This document shows positions 58,498-59,690 of a stretch of DNA of 59,690 bases, piece by piece (within the stretch, counting starts at the first letter, position 1; each line of letters starts with the position of its first letter). The position numbers were made by a program, and so were the translations under genes. Source of the stretch: an uncultured Bacilli bacterium (GTDB taxonomy: Bacteria > Bacillota_I > Bacilli_A > RF39 > UBA660); assembly GCA_904374795.1 (NCBI GenBank), contig CAJFEV010000001.1, positions 1-59,690 on the forward strand, given 5' to 3'. Under the pieces are notes generated by a model. The model was not told the DNA's origin. It made no database searches and saw only the letters and a list, made by a program, of their open reading frames with translations.

Positions 58498-58535
58498 GAC
58501 TGCATATAGGTGCACCAACTTCACTAGGATACATG
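58498..58535. repeat. Right attachment junction (element arm 58498-58520, TC core 58521-58522, host arm)
   Basis: GACTGCATATAGGTGCACCAACT is the inverted partner of 15706-15728. The host arm continues as ACTAGGATACAT, which reads MYPS on the minus strand. Confidence 0.7.
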
Positions 58536-59690
58536 AGTCCAATACTTCCTATCCATTCTGTTGGTCGTCCATTATATACATCTACACCTCTTTCAGATAT
58601 ATAGAAACTTGATGCAATATTCGATAAACTAGATACTCCTCCTAATTTCCATTTAACATTACTTATCATCTCTTTTGAAGGACTTGTGATACTTTCCAAA
58701 TATGGCCCATTCAACTCTTCTTGTAAACTTGCTGTTGTCCAATCATTGGCGTTTTCACTATCCCATGCCATGCTAGTACTATAGGGTTCGTCTCTTATGA
58801 TTTTTAATCTTGTTTCTTTTTTTCCAGTTCCAACTTCAATATTATTAAATACTCCGATGATTCGCCATAGAATGGGTTGATTCGATTTATCTTCAGTTAC
58901 ACAATATGTGCTTTTCAATTCTTCAATATTTGAAACATAGTAGTGTTCTTCTAATGCTGTTTGTAAATCACTGATGCATTCTTCTTCTGTAGAAAAACCT
59001 AAATCTTCATAATTTGAACAGTTAAAATTTGAATCTACAAATTCATTGCATTCTTCTGCAGATGTTGCAGATACACCTATTTCTTCCCATTTATTTATGA
59101 CTGTTCCTTCTGGATATTTTTCTCCTATATCAATATAGTTATTTGGATTCGCTCCAATATATCTTAAATTGTTATCTACGGTTTCATCATAAACTAATTC
59201 TTCTGTATTTAAACCTGCATTTTCAAGTAAACATTCTGCTCCTGTTTTTCCTTCTTGTGAGCAGGCTGCTACTTCTCCTGCAAAAGTTGTTTTTTCTGCA
59301 ATAAGTTTTACAGTAACTTTTCCACTGAATGTTTGTCCTTGTTGAGCATTTTGATTTCCATTATTTTTATATTCATATACTAAATAATACGTTGTTTTTT
59401 GTAATGTTGATGTATCAAAATCCGCTTGTTCTAATATGATTTCAGAATTATTTGTTAATGTTATTGGTCCATAAACTATTTCTGGTGTTCCATTAATCGT
59501 TATTGTATCTTCTTTTACAAATCCTTCACTTGTTTGAGTTAACTCTCCTTCTTCTCTTACTACATTATTCGTGACTGGTTCTGTTGTTTTGTATAAAGTG
59601 ATTTCTATATCACTTCCAAATACTTCTGGCACTACTCCTTCTAAATCAATTTCATAGATTCCTGTTCCTTCTTGACTTCCTTTTTCTATA
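58523..59690 (-). pseudogene. 5'-proximal part of the ICE-interrupted large secreted-protein gene (continues beyond the window end)
   Basis: The frame is open to base 59690. It ends ...RPTEWIGSIGLMYPS at the junction, then reads 13 element-encoded codons (EVGAPICSPLLQL) to a stop at 58481. Confidence 0.75.

Larger units (their letters stand above)
15706..58520. mobile_element. Integrative conjugative element (~42.8 kb), large-serine-recombinase type, with a Gram-positive T4SS module and ~15 kb of cargo
   Basis: The recombinase sits at one end and the element splits a host ORF. It encodes a T4CP, VirB4-like ATPase, VirB6-like protein, PrgI-like protein, M23 hydrolase, relaxase, sortase and LPXTG adhesin. 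No capsid, terminase or tail genes are present. Confidence 0.8.

Noticed and set aside
15706-58520. Prophage interpretation (serine integrase, SSB, ArpU-like regulator, XRE repressors)
   Set aside because: There are no terminase, portal, capsid, tail or lysis genes anywhere in the 42.8 kb. A T4CP, VirB4-like ATPase, VirB6-like protein, relaxase and sortase/adhesin are present instead, so the ICE interpretation is preferred.
1-59690. Mollicutes-type genetic code (TGA as Trp), suggested by the very low GC
   Set aside because: Well-defined genes end at TGA, for example at 331-333 and in the ATGA-coupled stops. Conserved Trp positions use TGG. Standard code 11 fits all motif-bearing ORFs.

Overview
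AT-rich Bacillota-type chromosome segment read with standard code 11; TGA is used as a stop, so this is not Mollicutes code 4. I found no rRNA, tRNA, CRISPR array or IS transposase. Bases 1-15.7 kb are housekeeping genes, almost all on the minus strand: an SDR oxidoreductase, rlmN, fmt, priA, trmD, rimM, a SpoU-type methyltransferase and a YgjP/M48-like peptidase. Lineage-specific secreted, lipoprotein and membrane ORFs are interspersed among them. The dominant feature is a ~42.8-kb integrative conjugative element (ICE, 15706-58520). It is inserted by a large serine recombinase into the 3' part of a large secreted-protein gene, whose two halves sit at 58523-59690 and 15388-15703. Both junctions can be read to the base pair. 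They share a TC/GA core, the element-side arms are 20/23 inverted repeats (a reconstructed palindromic attP), and joining the flanks restores the frame ...IGLMYPS-DYGYATSGG.... The ICE carries a Gram-positive type IV secretion/transfer module:
- a coupling protein (T4CP) split at an A9 tract
- a VirB4-like ATPase, PrgI-like, VirB6-like and Maff2-like membrane proteins, and an M23 wall hydrolase
- a relaxase with two ribbon-helix-helix (RHH) proteins and an oriT-like inverted-repeat region
- an SSB, and a sortase with an LPXTG thioester adhesin
- a 2124-aa ArdC-like/N6-methylase/SNF2 polyvalent protein

It also carries ~15 kb of cargo:
- a nucleotidyltransferase and a family-3 acyltransferase
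- a secreted matrixin-like protease module with a membrane-bound XRE regulator
- a tightly coupled 5-gene operon (guanylate-kinase-like, GT4 glycosyltransferase, APH-fold kinase, NUDIX, HelD-like RNAP-associated helicase)
- XRE regulators at the right end

The 5-gene operon is my best candidate for an undescribed functional system. Several non-coding structures also merit follow-up: a nested 110-nt palindrome, a perfect 18-bp inverted repeat bracketing 94 bp, and a duplicated terminator-promoter cassette. All functional calls rest on motifs read by eye; no database search was possible.
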